Positions 9,065 through 19,327 of a stretch of DNA of 44,067 nt are shown in pieces (the stretch's first letter is position 1; each line of letters opens with the position of its first letter). Origin of the DNA: Phycisphaerales bacterium. Its GTDB lineage: Bacteria; Planctomycetota; Phycisphaerae; WQYP01. The position numbers were made by a program, and so were the translations under genes. Under the pieces are notes generated by a model. The model ran no database searches, was not told where the DNA came from, and saw only the letters and a list, made by a program, of their open reading frames with translations. Location: positions 1-44,067 of the forward strand of contig DAIDJN010000076.1 of NCBI GenBank assembly GCA_027451365.1, given 5' to 3'.

Positions 9065-11521
9065 TCATTGCGGGCTAACCGACCGGGTCTCAATCGCTCG
9101 CTTCGTCGGTCGGCCTAAGGAGGCCAATGGCAGGGTGACGCGCTCTTGATAGCTGGAACCTTTGAGCGAAGCCCGCAAAATCAATCCATCGCGGTACAAA
9201 TTTCTCGGGATGGTAATAGAGAATGTGCGAAACTGGCCGGAAGGAATTTTCAGCCATTGCCAGGCCGTTTGCGCAGCCGCCCTGGCGTCAGGTCGATTTT
9301 TGTTCTGCCGACTTTTCAGAATCGAAGCGCGGAACCGACCGTCCAACCGGCCGACGCCGGCGTTGCGAATGATCCATCGCACCTGTATCACGTCCATTAA
9401 ATGTCGATTTATTTTAGTGCCACTAAGACGTCTGGCGTCCAGCTGCTTTTGTCCGGATACTGTACCGGACACGCCGGAATTACCGACTATTTTGCGACTT
9501 GTAAATAGTTGCGGAAACATCAGGGCCGGCGGAAAGCCATGAATCTCGGCCGTACGCAACGCGGCCACCAGATTTCTGGCGGAACCAGGAGCAGTGACGA
9601 AATAAGTCTTTGCGTTCAAGGGTATTTGCTGCTCGCCAGGAAATGGCGTAGGAAGTTTTTGATCGGCGGCATTAAAGCTATGCAGCACAGCTTCCGGATC
9701 GAAAATGGTCAAGTGGCCTGCGGGAAACTCCCCTGCCGAAAGATAATGCCAACTGGTGTTCACCCCCGCACCAGATGAAGGCCCGGCGCGCCGCCATTGA
9801 ACATGCCCCCATTGCCAAGGCCGCCAAAAGCTATCGTGAATAGTGCCCGCACCCAGACCGACAACAATTGCGACCGCGCGTTTGTTCGCCTGAAAAACCG
9901 TGATTGCCGGCGGTAAATGCGAATGGACCGCCGCAAAACGAGCGGCATCTCCGAGCCAATGGGCCGTCGCGGAGAAACGAGCGCCCTCGTTGGCCGTAGC
10001 GAGCATGGCACCCGCCGCCAGAGCCATCGCGGCCCCCATAGGCTTATGAGGCCGCGTTATCCAACTTTTGCCTTGGTTGATTCCCAAGACTCCGGTGGCG
10101 GGCGGCGGCAGGACCCAAATTACCGGTGGATGCGCCATCCGACGAACGGTGTGCATGAACGGCAGCCATCGTCTTTTATCCGATACGGCGCAAATAAGTG
10201 ATTTATGTTCCACGAGTGGAGAGTTAAAAAGAATGTTCGGATCCAACGGACAATAGCTGTCGGCACCCAGTGACTTTAATTGGGGAACCACTGGAACCGT
10301 CGGCAGTATTTTTGTGGCCATACGACCAATATTGCGGTAGGCCAACTGCGCGGCGGCCAATTGCACACCGCGGCGAGCCAAAGCCGTGTGCGACGGAACA
10401 TTTAAGCCAATGGGATTTACCACGATGGCGAAAATATCTGGAGAAAGCTGTTGAAGGATCGGCGCGAGGCGCGGAGCCAACCACCGGTCCTTCGTCAGCC
10501 GAGATCCGTTCTTGCAGACTAAATCTAAACGCACCACAACTTGGCCGCCAAGGTTGTGAATGTCTCGTGCGATTCGGAAAAGCCGCTCTGTGGAATTCGG
10601 ACTCGCAGGAAAAGCGGTTGAGGGTGGGCCGATCGGAATATCAGCCAGATAGCGGCGGATACCGGTTTGCAGCATGTAATCTGAAATGTAGTCCGGCGAG
10701 CGGGATTTATAAAAATCGCCTGGAATTGCACTGATCCAGCGGCTGTCCGTCACGGGCAGCGAACCGCCATGCGGTCGCGGAATAACCCAGAACGGAGCGC
10801 TGATACGGCGGAGAACTTTGCCCTGCCGCCAAAGCAGAACATAACACCCCGCGTCCGGGAAATGAACTGGCAAGATGATCCGCATAGTGTTTGACGGCCC
10901 AATGGGAGTCGGCCGGATAGTTGTAGGAACAAACAGTGTTGAATGTCCATTGCCGGCGGCCGACAAATTGGAATCGAACCGCGCCAATGCGCCGGGAGAG
11001 TTGCCGGAATCTGGCAAATGTTTCCAAAATAACTCTCCCTGAAGAATCAATGGACTGGAGGCATTATTGCGAATGAGCAGATTCACAGAACCGGGTTGAT
11101 TGACCTGAAAAATGCCACTGGGGTGATGCACTGCAACAACCATGAATGCAAAACCGGCGGCGGGCGGCCGAACAGGTGCTCCGCCCTTTGGCAAAACAGC
11201 CGGGGGCAACGGTAGCAGGACGGAATTTCCACCTCCCCCACCGATGCTCGGACTTGCATCCGACGGCCGCGCAGGATGTGAACGCGGCGATATCGGTGGA
11301 ATGGTCAGCCCGCCCGCCCAAATGGCATTTGCGAGCACATAAATGCAGGTCACGCAAAACAGGCACAACGCCGACTTTAAGGAAATTCCATCTGATTTTA
11401 AATGCACAAAAGCTATCCTGATAAATCCATTTATCATGCGGTGGGCCGCAACTCCCAAACCTCCGGCTTTTTGCATCGCTCCGGCGGAAGGTTCGATGAT
11501 GATTATAGCGTCGAAGCACAA
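9065..11521 (-). CDS. Large hypothetical exported/membrane-anchored protein
   Basis: 818-codon open frame; hydrophobic segment near the N-terminus, then a Pro-rich linker; no recognisable catalytic motif. Start uncertain and probably downstream of 11521. Confidence 0.7.
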   Translation of the reverse strand: MCFDAIIIIEPSAGAMQKAGGLGVAAHRMINGFIRIAFVHLKSDGISLKSALCLFCVTCIYVLANAIWAGGLTIPPISPRSHPARPSDASPSIGGGGGNSVLLPLPPAVLPKGGAPVRPPAAGFAFMVVAVHHPSGIFQVNQPGSVNLLIRNNASSPLILQGELFWKHLPDSGNSPGALARFDSNLSAAGNGHSTLFVPTTIRPTPIGPSNTMRIILPVHFPDAGCYVLLWRQGKVLRRISAPFWVIPRPHGGSLPVTDSRWISAIPGDFYKSRSPDYISDYMLQTGIRRYLADIPIGPPSTAFPASPNSTERLFRIARDIHNLGGQVVVRLDLVCKNGSRLTKDRWLAPRLAPILQQLSPDIFAIVVNPIGLNVPSHTALARRGVQLAAAQLAYRNIGRMATKILPTVPVVPQLKSLGADSYCPLDPNILFNSPLVEHKSLICAVSDKRRWLPFMHTVRRMAHPPVIWVLPPPATGVLGINQGKSWITRPHKPMGAAMALAAGAMLATANEGARFSATAHWLGDAARFAAVHSHLPPAITVFQANKRAVAIVVGLGAGTIHDSFWRPWQWGHVQWRRAGPSSGAGVNTSWHYLSAGEFPAGHLTIFDPEAVLHSFNAADQKLPTPFPGEQQIPLNAKTYFVTAPGSARNLVAALRTAEIHGFPPALMFPQLFTSRKIVGNSGVSGTVSGQKQLDARRLSGTKINRHLMDVIQVRWIIRNAGVGRLDGRFRASILKSRQNKNRPDARAAAQTAWQWLKIPSGQFRTFSITIPRNLYRDGLILRASLKGSSYQERVTLPLASLGRPTKRAIETRSVSPQ

Positions 11522-11697
11522 TCCGCCGCACCAAGGCCGCGGCAGTCGTTTTACGGCAATTATGTCGGCCCTGTTTTAGGCTTACCGAATTGCGCTATTG
11601 TATATAGTTTTTGCGCAAAACATCATTTCGCGAAAATTGCCCGCGGGATATAGTAGACCATTGGCGTTCTGCCCGTGCGGGCAACAGAAAGTAAGAT

Positions 11698-12885
11698 ATG
11701 AGTGTTACAAAAAAAGCAGCCAGGAACCGTCGCCGAAAAATGGCCAGTGCCACGGGAATTCCCCAAGTCTGCATTTTAATGGAGACATCGCGGGCCTTTG
11801 GGCGCAATGTCATACGCGGGATATGCAATTACGCGAAAGCCAACGGTCCATGGAATTTCACGCTTCAACCGGGCGATTTTGATCAGTCGCTTCCGCCGCG
11901 CAACACTTGGCGGCTGGATGGCGTGATTGGCCGCATTTCCAGCCCCCAGGTGGCTCGGGAAGTACTTGCCCGAGGCATTCCGGTAGTGCCGCTGGAACCA
12001 GGCCCTTACAGCGGCGACCGCTGGGTCAGCACCAATACGCCGCGGGTCTGCGAGATGGCGTTTGAACACCTGCGCGACCGCGGCTTCCAGCGATTCGCCT
12101 TTTACGGCCGTCAGACATACTGGGGCATTGACCGGCGTAATGCCTTTTCAGCAATTATCAGAGCGGCCGGCCTGCCGTGTGAAATTTTTTCGGCGGATTC
12201 GGAATCGGATATGCCGGAGGAAGGTCAACTGGCGGCGTGGCTGGCGAAACTGGACAAGCCGATCGGCCTGATGGCTCAAGATGACCTTGCGGCCCGCGAA
12301 GTGATTGATCTGTGCCGGGTGGATGGCATTGCGGTGCCGGAAGAAATCGCGGTCATTGGCGTAGATGACGACGAACTGATCTGCGCGATAGCCAGTCCGA
12401 CCCTTTCCAGCATTGCGTTGAATGCCGAACGGGTCGGGTTTGAGGCAGCCGCGGTTCTGGACAGGCTGTTTTCCGGAAAAAAACCGTTGGGACATGTATT
12501 TGTGGACCCCATCGGCGTGACCATGCGGCAATCGACGGATACCGTCAGCATTGACGATCCGCTGGTGGCAAAAGCGGTACGCATGATTCGCGCCCGTGCC
12601 CATGAGGGGCTGTCAGTTCGGGAGTTGGTCAAGGCCATGCTGGTATCGCGCCGCACGCTGGAACTTAAATTTATCAGTTCGCTGGGGCGCGGCCCGCACG
12701 AGGAAATTCAACGCGTTCAGTTGCAGCAGGCAAAAGAACTTCTTATCGGTACAGATATGAAAATTAGTTCAGTGGCGCGCACCTCCGGTTTTAATTATGT
12801 TGAATACATGCACCGCGTGTTCAAGGAACAGATTGGTCAAACCCCCACGGAGTTCCGCAAAACCAATCGGCCGTTTGGACGGTAA
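11698..12885 (+). CDS. XylR-family transcriptional regulator (LacI-type ligand domain + AraC HTH)
   Basis: GRNVIRGI, AFEHLRDRGFQRFAF, VPEEIAVIGVDDD, PTLSSI, RQSTD, SRRTLE...F, C-terminal GFNYVEYMHRVFK...TPTEFR. Start may be 11740. Confidence 0.92.
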   Translation: MSVTKKAARNRRRKMASATGIPQVCILMETSRAFGRNVIRGICNYAKANGPWNFTLQPGDFDQSLPPRNTWRLDGVIGRISSPQVAREVLARGIPVVPLEPGPYSGDRWVSTNTPRVCEMAFEHLRDRGFQRFAFYGRQTYWGIDRRNAFSAIIRAAGLPCEIFSADSESDMPEEGQLAAWLAKLDKPIGLMAQDDLAAREVIDLCRVDGIAVPEEIAVIGVDDDELICAIASPTLSSIALNAERVGFEAAAVLDRLFSGKKPLGHVFVDPIGVTMRQSTDTVSIDDPLVAKAVRMIRARAHEGLSVRELVKAMLVSRRTLELKFISSLGRGPHEEIQRVQLQQAKELLIGTDMKISSVARTSGFNYVEYMHRVFKEQIGQTPTEFRKTNRPFGR

Positions 12886-13142
12886 AGCCAGGCGAAACGG
12901 CCAGCCGGAAATCAGGGCGACGGCTCAAACCGCGCGATTTGGCGGGCCACCATGGACAACGTCTCCATTCTGGCCTCGGCTCCGCCGCGATATGGGTCCG
13001 GGGCGTGGAACGCCTGATACCAACACGCCGTGACGCATTCGGGGCGGTACCCGGCGCATGTCCATTTTTTCGGGTTCCCTACAAAAAGCTGGCAGACCGA
13101 GTTTGCAGAATTCCAGACCGTGCGGCTTGCCGGAAATCGAGT

Positions 13143-13160
13143 TTGTGAATAGTATCACAA
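13143..13160. promoter_or_regulatory. Rex-like operator upstream of nuoD
   Basis: TTGTGAATAGTATCACAA, one mismatch from the Rex consensus TTGTGAA-N4-TTCACAA. Confidence 0.65.
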
Positions 13161-13253
13161 GGGTTTTGGACAGGTGCCCGGAAGGCTGTTTTACCCTGTT
13201 CAGGATTTTTCCGCCCGCGATTGGTCGCCCGCGGAGCTATGCTGGAGCTTTTC

Positions 13254-14534
13254 ATGCCGTATACCATTGAAAAAGGCGCGTCCATGCTTATGGACAACCC
13301 GATGACAACACCCCAACTCTCCAGCGATTCGAATCTTTGGACACTCAATTTCGGCCCTCAGCATCCGGCCACGCACACCGTCATCCGACTGGTGATGGAA
13401 ATTGATGGCGAACGTGTGGTGCGGGTGGTGCCCGTTATCGGTTACCTGCACACCGGGTTTGAAAAAAACGCCGAAGTTCTTGATTACAATCAGTACATCA
13501 CCATTGTCAATCGCATGGACTACCTTGCCCCGATGGGCAACGAAATCGCCTGGATTAACGCCTGCGAAACTCTGTTTGCGGTAGACCCGACGCCCCGCTG
13601 CAAGGTTTACCGGACAATCCTTGGCGAACTTGCCCGCATCCAGAGTCATTTGCTGTGCGTTGGCGCAGCGGCACTGGACTTGGGCGGGTTTACCGCGTTT
13701 CTTTTCGGGTTTAATGAACGCGAAATGATCTACGACATCATGGAATATGTCACAGGTGCCCGCTTTCATACGAGTTGGAACCGCATCGGAGGTGCCTTTA
13801 AAGATGCCGATGACAATATTTTCCGTCCCATGGTGAAAAATTTTATTAACGAAACACTGCCCCGCGCCATCGACGATGTTGAAAAGCTCCTCAACCGCCT
13901 GCGCATATTTATTGACCGCACTGCGGGCATCGGCACCATCAGCCGTGAAGAAGCTTTAAACTGGAGCCTCAGCGGTCCGCTGGCCCGCGCCAGCGGCGTC
14001 ATGCGGGATGTACGAAAGGATGCCCCCTACCTCTGCTTCAAGGACAACTGGGACGGCAAAGGCGCGCCAGCGGTGGATTTCAAAGTTCCCATTATGAAAA
14101 CCGGCGATGTGCTTGCCCGCTACCTCGTGCGACTTGAAGAAATGAAGCAGTCCGCAAACATTGTCCGCCAGTTGATTGATAATATTCCCGGCGGATCGTT
14201 GAATGTCAGCCCTGAAGGCAAGGAAGTTCTGCCACCAAAATCGCAGGTTTACGGCAGCATTGAAGGCCTGATTCACCACTTTGAACTGGTCATGACCAAC
14301 CGCGGATTTCAAACGCCGGTCGGCGAAGTGTATGGCTGCTGTGAAACCGCCAATGGCGAACTTGGCTATTACCTGGTAAGTGATGGCGGAAAGAACCCGT
14401 GGCGGGCACGGACGCGCCCGCCCTCGTTTATTCATCTTTCCGTGCTGCCCAAAATGATGGAAGGCCACATGATTTCCGACGTGGTCGCCGTGCTGGGCAG
14501 TTTGAATATTATTGCCGCGGAACTTGACCGGTAA
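13254..14534 (+). CDS. nuoD: NADH-quinone oxidoreductase subunit D
   Basis: LNFGPQHPATHTVIRL, IGYLHTGFEK, RMDY, ELARIQSHL, GELGYYLVSDG, RTRPPSF, C-terminal ELDR. ATG at 13254 has an upstream GGAG. Confidence 0.96.
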   Translation: MPYTIEKGASMLMDNPMTTPQLSSDSNLWTLNFGPQHPATHTVIRLVMEIDGERVVRVVPVIGYLHTGFEKNAEVLDYNQYITIVNRMDYLAPMGNEIAWINACETLFAVDPTPRCKVYRTILGELARIQSHLLCVGAAALDLGGFTAFLFGFNEREMIYDIMEYVTGARFHTSWNRIGGAFKDADDNIFRPMVKNFINETLPRAIDDVEKLLNRLRIFIDRTAGIGTISREEALNWSLSGPLARASGVMRDVRKDAPYLCFKDNWDGKGAPAVDFKVPIMKTGDVLARYLVRLEEMKQSANIVRQLIDNIPGGSLNVSPEGKEVLPPKSQVYGSIEGLIHHFELVMTNRGFQTPVGEVYGCCETANGELGYYLVSDGGKNPWRARTRPPSFIHLSVLPKMMEGHMISDVVAVLGSLNIIAAELDR

Positions 14535-14631
14535 AGGTCCCGTGAACGGGCGGTTCAGCCGCCCCGGCGGCGCGGTGTTTGCGACGCCGCCCCTTGAATA
14601 CGGTTTTTGAAGTAAGCAGAAAAGGATCACC

Positions 14632-15192
14632 ATGGCCTGGCTCGTTGAAGATCGCCTGAAACCCTATCAGTCAAAACGCGCGGAACCTTATCTGACACCG
14701 GAAATAAAAAAGCGGGTGGCGGAAAAATATTTTCCGCGTTATCCAACCAAACAAGCCGCCTTGCTGCCCCTGTTTCATATCATTATGCATGAATACGGCT
14801 ATATCACCGAACAGGCGATTGATGAAGCCGCGGAATTTCTTGAAATTACCCGCGCACAGGTGCAGGACGCCGTCACCTTTTACGAGGAATTCCGCCTGAC
14901 TCCATCCGGCAAATATGTTGTGAATGTCTGCCGGTCGATTGCGTGTGAACTTTGCGGCCACGCGGATATCGTGGAAAAAATCCGCCAGGTATTTGGAATT
15001 GATCCCGGCGAAACGACTGAAGACCACCAGATTACCCTGTTTGAAGTTGAATGTCTTGGTGCCTGTGAACAGGCGCCCTGCGCCCTGGTCAATGAAGACC
15101 TTCACGGCTGCCTGAAACCGGATACATTTGTACGCCATCTTCAGCAGTTGCCCGCTGAAGCCGCACATAAAGGTAACGGACAAGGGCATTAA
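14632..15192 (+). CDS. nuoE: NADH-quinone oxidoreductase subunit E
   Basis: RYPTKQAALLP, VTFY, and 2Fe-2S ligands CRSIAC and ECLGAC. Confidence 0.95.
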   Translation: MAWLVEDRLKPYQSKRAEPYLTPEIKKRVAEKYFPRYPTKQAALLPLFHIIMHEYGYITEQAIDEAAEFLEITRAQVQDAVTFYEEFRLTPSGKYVVNVCRSIACELCGHADIVEKIRQVFGIDPGETTEDHQITLFEVECLGACEQAPCALVNEDLHGCLKPDTFVRHLQQLPAEAAHKGNGQGH

Positions 15193-15264
15193 CCCAATCC
15201 GCGGCAGTTCGCGGGCAGGACTTTATAACGGTGTAAGGCCGTTGAATTTTGAAGAGGTTTTTCC

Positions 15265-16575
15265 ATGGCATTTGCGGGTCCCGTCCTTCTGAAGCGCATT
15301 CCTGATGATCCAGCGAAGCGCCGCCTGATTCGCTACTCCGATTATTGCGCCACCGGCGGCTATGAGGCGCTGAAAAAATCCTGGACCACGCCGCCCGAAG
15401 ATATTATTAAACTGGTGGTGGAATCCGGTTTGCGGGGCCGCGGCGGCGCCGGCTTCCCCTGCGGCACCAAATGGACCTTTCTGCCCAAAGACCTTCACCC
15501 GCGCTACCTGGCGGTAAATTTTGACGAATCCGAACCGGGTACCTTCAAAGACCGCTATTTAACCGACTATGACCCGCATATACTGCTTGAAGGCATTGCC
15601 ATTGCGGCCTACGCCAATCGCATTACCACCAGTTATATTTTCATTCGTGGTGAATACCACCATGAAGCCAAAATTCTGGAAGAAGCCCTGGAAGAAGCTT
15701 ACGCCAACGGCATTTTTGGAAAAAAGCTGCCGGGAACCGATATTGTTCACAACTGTTACGTGCATCGCGGGGCCGGGGCGTATATCTGCGGAGAAGAAAC
15801 CGGCCTGCTCGAAGCCTTGGAAGGCAAACGCGGTTGGCCACGAATCAAGCCGCCATTCCCCGCGGTGGCTGGCGCATTCGCCAAGCCCACCATCATCAAC
15901 AATGTTGAAACCCTCGCCTGCTTGCCGGACATTGTTTTAAAAGGTGCCGCATGGTTTAAAGGCATGGGTACGCCAAGTTCCGCCGGCCCCAAGCTTTACG
16001 GGATCAGCGGACATATTCACAAGCCGGGCGTCTATGAAGATGAACTGGGCATTAAAATGTCCACGCTTATTGAAAAGTATGCCGGCGGGGTGAAGGGCAA
16101 ATACCGTGCGGCTATCCCTGGCGGCGTATCGATGGGCATTCTGGGAACCGACCAGTGGGATGCAGAGCTCGATTTTGACATTGGCCGCAAATACAACGTG
16201 CTGGGCCTGGGTACAGCAGGCGTGATTGTCATGAACGACACCACGGACCTGGTGCTGATGCTGCGGAATATTGTCCGCTTTTTTGCCTATGAAAGCTGCG
16301 GTCAGTGCACCCCCTGTCGTGAAGGGACCGCCTGGATGCACAAAATGCTTAACCGCATCGTGGCCGGCTTCGGTCGCCCGCGCGATTTCGACATGCTTAT
16401 GGAGGTTGGCCTAAGTATGGGATCCATGCCGGGCACGACCATTTGCGGACTGGCGGACGGTGCCAATTGGGCCGTCAAAACCTTCCTGCAAAAGTTCCCG
16501 GACGACTTTAAGTCCCGGCTGAAGCCCGAACAGGTGCGCGGTGTCACGCTGACTCCGGCGGGAGCGACGGTGTAA
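15265..16575 (+). CDS. nuoF: NADH-quinone oxidoreductase subunit F
   Basis: SGLRGRGGAGFP, DESEPGTFKDR, GAGAYICGEET, NNVET, ESCGQCTPCREG, TIC. Confidence 0.96.
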   Translation: MAFAGPVLLKRIPDDPAKRRLIRYSDYCATGGYEALKKSWTTPPEDIIKLVVESGLRGRGGAGFPCGTKWTFLPKDLHPRYLAVNFDESEPGTFKDRYLTDYDPHILLEGIAIAAYANRITTSYIFIRGEYHHEAKILEEALEEAYANGIFGKKLPGTDIVHNCYVHRGAGAYICGEETGLLEALEGKRGWPRIKPPFPAVAGAFAKPTIINNVETLACLPDIVLKGAAWFKGMGTPSSAGPKLYGISGHIHKPGVYEDELGIKMSTLIEKYAGGVKGKYRAAIPGGVSMGILGTDQWDAELDFDIGRKYNVLGLGTAGVIVMNDTTDLVLMLRNIVRFFAYESCGQCTPCREGTAWMHKMLNRIVAGFGRPRDFDMLMEVGLSMGSMPGTTICGLADGANWAVKTFLQKFPDDFKSRLKPEQVRGVTLTPAGATV

Positions 16576-16662
16576 ATTTCGGCAAATGGTCGGCGGGGTT
16601 CGGTCAACATAAAACCAGCCCCGAAAGATCACTGCGACGATGTAATCAAGAAGGAACTGAAA

Positions 16663-18294
16663 ATGCCCACAATGGAAGTAGATGGAAAACAAGTGGCTTG
16701 GGAAGGCCGCAAAATGATTCTTCAGGCCTGCAATGACGCCGGTGTGGAACTGCCGCAATATTGCTACCACGAAGGTCTTTCAATTGTGGCGTCCTGCCGC
16801 ATCTGTCTGGTGGAAATTGAATCGCCGGATCCTAAGGACCCCGCCAAGCTGGTTAAAGTTCCCAAACTCGTGCCAAGTTGCCAGACTCCCGCTGTCAATG
16901 GCATGAAGGTGCACAGCAAATCGCCCAAGGCCGCGGCCAATCAGAAGGCGGTCATGGAATTTTTGCTTATCAACCATCCCTTGGACTGCCCCGTCTGCGA
17001 TCAGGCCGGCGAATGCTATCTTCAGGATTACAGCTTTAAATATGGCCGCGCTGAAAGCCGTTTTGACGAAGATAAAGCCAAAAAGCCGAAAAAGGACATC
17101 GGTAAGCATGTTGTTCTGTATTCCGACCGCTGCATCATGTGCACACGCTGCGTCCGTTTCACACGCGAAATTTCCGGCACCGGCGAACTGGGCGTCTTCG
17201 GCCGCGGCCACAAAGAGCAGATTGACGTTTTTCAGGGCAAATCTCTGGATAATCCCCTTTCCGCCAACGTCATTGATATCTGCCCCGTCGGAGCTTTGCT
17301 CGACAAGGATTTTCTTTTCACCCAGCGCGTCTGGTTTCTTAAGTCCACACCGAGTATTTCCCCATTTTCCAGCGGCGGGGAAAATATATTTATCGAACAC
17401 AATCAGGGCCGTATCTACCGCATCAAACCCCGGTTTAATAAAGACATCAACAAATGGTGGATTTCCGATGACATCCGCTACGGATGGGATTTCGTTCATA
17501 ATAACCGGCTGCAAACCATTTCCGCGGCCGATGCTCCGGAGGGTCTGACCTGGCGACAGGGACTCGACCGGCTTGAGCGGTCTTTCAAAAAAGCTGTCGC
17601 CGAAAAGGGGCACGGTTCCACGCTGCTTATGCTAAGTCCGTTCGACACCACTGAAGAAATGTTCCTGGCCGCGACGTGGGCAAGGAAAATGGATCCCGGC
17701 TGTGCGCTGGGCCTGAATCTGTCTAAAATTGATGGCCAGGACCAGGTATTCACCAACCCGACCACTGGAGCGGTCACTTACACCATTCGCGCGGATAAAT
17801 CGCCCAATCGACTCGGTGCGGAAAACATCCGCGCCCACTTTGGCGGCAATTCGCTGATGTTCAGCTATCTATCGTCGAAAATTTCCTCTGGTGATATTCA
17901 GGCCGCACTGGTCTGTGCCGACCCGATCGGCCATAACGACGCCGATATGTCCAATTATTTCCAGCCATTGAAAAATCTGACCGTTCTTTCCAGCCGGCCC
18001 GATGGTCTGGTCAAGCAGGCCTCGCTCTCGTTGCCTGTTTGCACCTGGGCGGAGAAGGCCGGCGTTTTTGAAAATTGCCAGGGAGTTATTCAGCCGTTTG
18101 TGCAGGCCATTCAGCCGCTGGAAGGGTCACGGTCCACCGGTTCGGTATTCTGGGAACTCCTCGGCCTGTCAGGCCAATATGATCCTGCCGCCGTTCGCCG
18201 CATGATGGCTGACGCCGGAAAACCGCAATATGGTCAGGTTACACCTCCGGCGCGCCAGGAAAAAGTGGAACTGATGCAATTCGCCGAGTTGTAA
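16663..18294 (+). CDS. nuoG: NADH-quinone oxidoreductase subunit G (short form, 543 aa)
   Basis: CYHEGLSIVASCRICLV...SC, HPLDCPVCDQAGECYLQ, CIMCTRCVRF, DICPVGAL, and LPVCTWAEKAG near the C-terminus. Confidence 0.93.
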   Translation: MPTMEVDGKQVAWEGRKMILQACNDAGVELPQYCYHEGLSIVASCRICLVEIESPDPKDPAKLVKVPKLVPSCQTPAVNGMKVHSKSPKAAANQKAVMEFLLINHPLDCPVCDQAGECYLQDYSFKYGRAESRFDEDKAKKPKKDIGKHVVLYSDRCIMCTRCVRFTREISGTGELGVFGRGHKEQIDVFQGKSLDNPLSANVIDICPVGALLDKDFLFTQRVWFLKSTPSISPFSSGGENIFIEHNQGRIYRIKPRFNKDINKWWISDDIRYGWDFVHNNRLQTISAADAPEGLTWRQGLDRLERSFKKAVAEKGHGSTLLMLSPFDTTEEMFLAATWARKMDPGCALGLNLSKIDGQDQVFTNPTTGAVTYTIRADKSPNRLGAENIRAHFGGNSLMFSYLSSKISSGDIQAALVCADPIGHNDADMSNYFQPLKNLTVLSSRPDGLVKQASLSLPVCTWAEKAGVFENCQGVIQPFVQAIQPLEGSRSTGSVFWELLGLSGQYDPAAVRRMMADAGKPQYGQVTPPARQEKVELMQFAEL

Positions 18295-18430
18295 GCGGTC
18301 CTGGAATGCTGTGCCATTGCGGCGGGCATCCATATGAATTCACAGGCCGGGCGGTCGAATTGGATATTTTCCGACAATTTTTACGCGGCCGCCCGACCCC
18401 ACGAGTCTGGCACGAGGCAACGAGGCTTCC

Positions 18431-19327
18431 ATGAAATGCACGCCTGCATATCTGGTTATCGGGCTGGTGATCGCTTGTTCCGGCTTCGCGAACGCGGCTA
18501 AAGTGCCGCCGCGGGCGGCCCGTTCCGTCCATCTGTTTTATCAGGCCCCTTCGGGAAATATTTTCTTTAATACGCTGCGTATCAAGCAATCACAGCCGGG
18601 AAGTTACTTTCAGGTTTGCGGTTTTAGTCAGGGCTATTTCGGCCTGCAGGAACTGGCCAGCAAAAAACATATCATTATCTTTTCAACCTGGGATTCCAAT
18701 CACCAGCCGGTGCGCGTAACCAGCTGCGCTCCGGATGTTCATGTCTCACGCTTTGGCGGCGAAGGAACGGGTGCCCATATTTTGATCAGTTACGCTTGGC
18801 ACACGGGTATAACCTATCACTTTGCGGTTGTTTCGCGGCGCATCGGCCGCCGTACGGCATATGCCGCGTGGTTTTATCAACCCGGAAAACAAAATTGGAA
18901 GCACCTGGTCACATTGGCGACGGTTGCCGGAAAATCCGCCGGCCAGATTCATGGATATTATGCATTCATTGAAGACTTTCGCCGAAATACGCGCAGCGCC
19001 CGGCAAGTGCGGCGGGCCTTGTATGGTCCCGGCTGGATACGCAAAACAAACGGCCAATGGATGGCGCTTACCCGCGCGGTTTTCAGCACTTCCAACGCCC
19101 CATGGGAAGCAAAAAAAACGGTGGACGCGGGTATCATTAAAGAACAGTTTTATCTGCAAACCGGCGGACAAACGCACATGCACTCGGCCCCCGGAACGCT
19201 TCTTAAACTAGCCCGTTATTCGCGCAAGCCGCCGCATATAATTCAAAAGCTGTTAACCGCCCTTTTACGGAAAAAACAGACCCGCATAATTGAACACGCG
19301 GTTGGACGCGGGCACAAGGAGCCTTGA
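18431..19327 (+). CDS. Secreted DUF3472-like protein
   Basis: Signal peptide ending ANA|A; YFQVCGFSQGYFGLQE, IFSTWD, RFGGEGTG and FIEDF motifs recalled for DUF3472 proteins. Confidence 0.75.
   Translation: MKCTPAYLVIGLVIACSGFANAAKVPPRAARSVHLFYQAPSGNIFFNTLRIKQSQPGSYFQVCGFSQGYFGLQELASKKHIIIFSTWDSNHQPVRVTSCAPDVHVSRFGGEGTGAHILISYAWHTGITYHFAVVSRRIGRRTAYAAWFYQPGKQNWKHLVTLATVAGKSAGQIHGYYAFIEDFRRNTRSARQVRRALYGPGWIRKTNGQWMALTRAVFSTSNAPWEAKKTVDAGIIKEQFYLQTGGQTHMHSAPGTLLKLARYSRKPPHIIQKLLTALLRKKQTRIIEHAVGRGHKEP

Noticed and set aside
11609..11635. Palindromes TTTTGCGCAAAA and TTTCGCGAAA upstream of the XylR-type gene
   Set aside because: Could be operators, but they are short, low-complexity and not assignable to a known motif.
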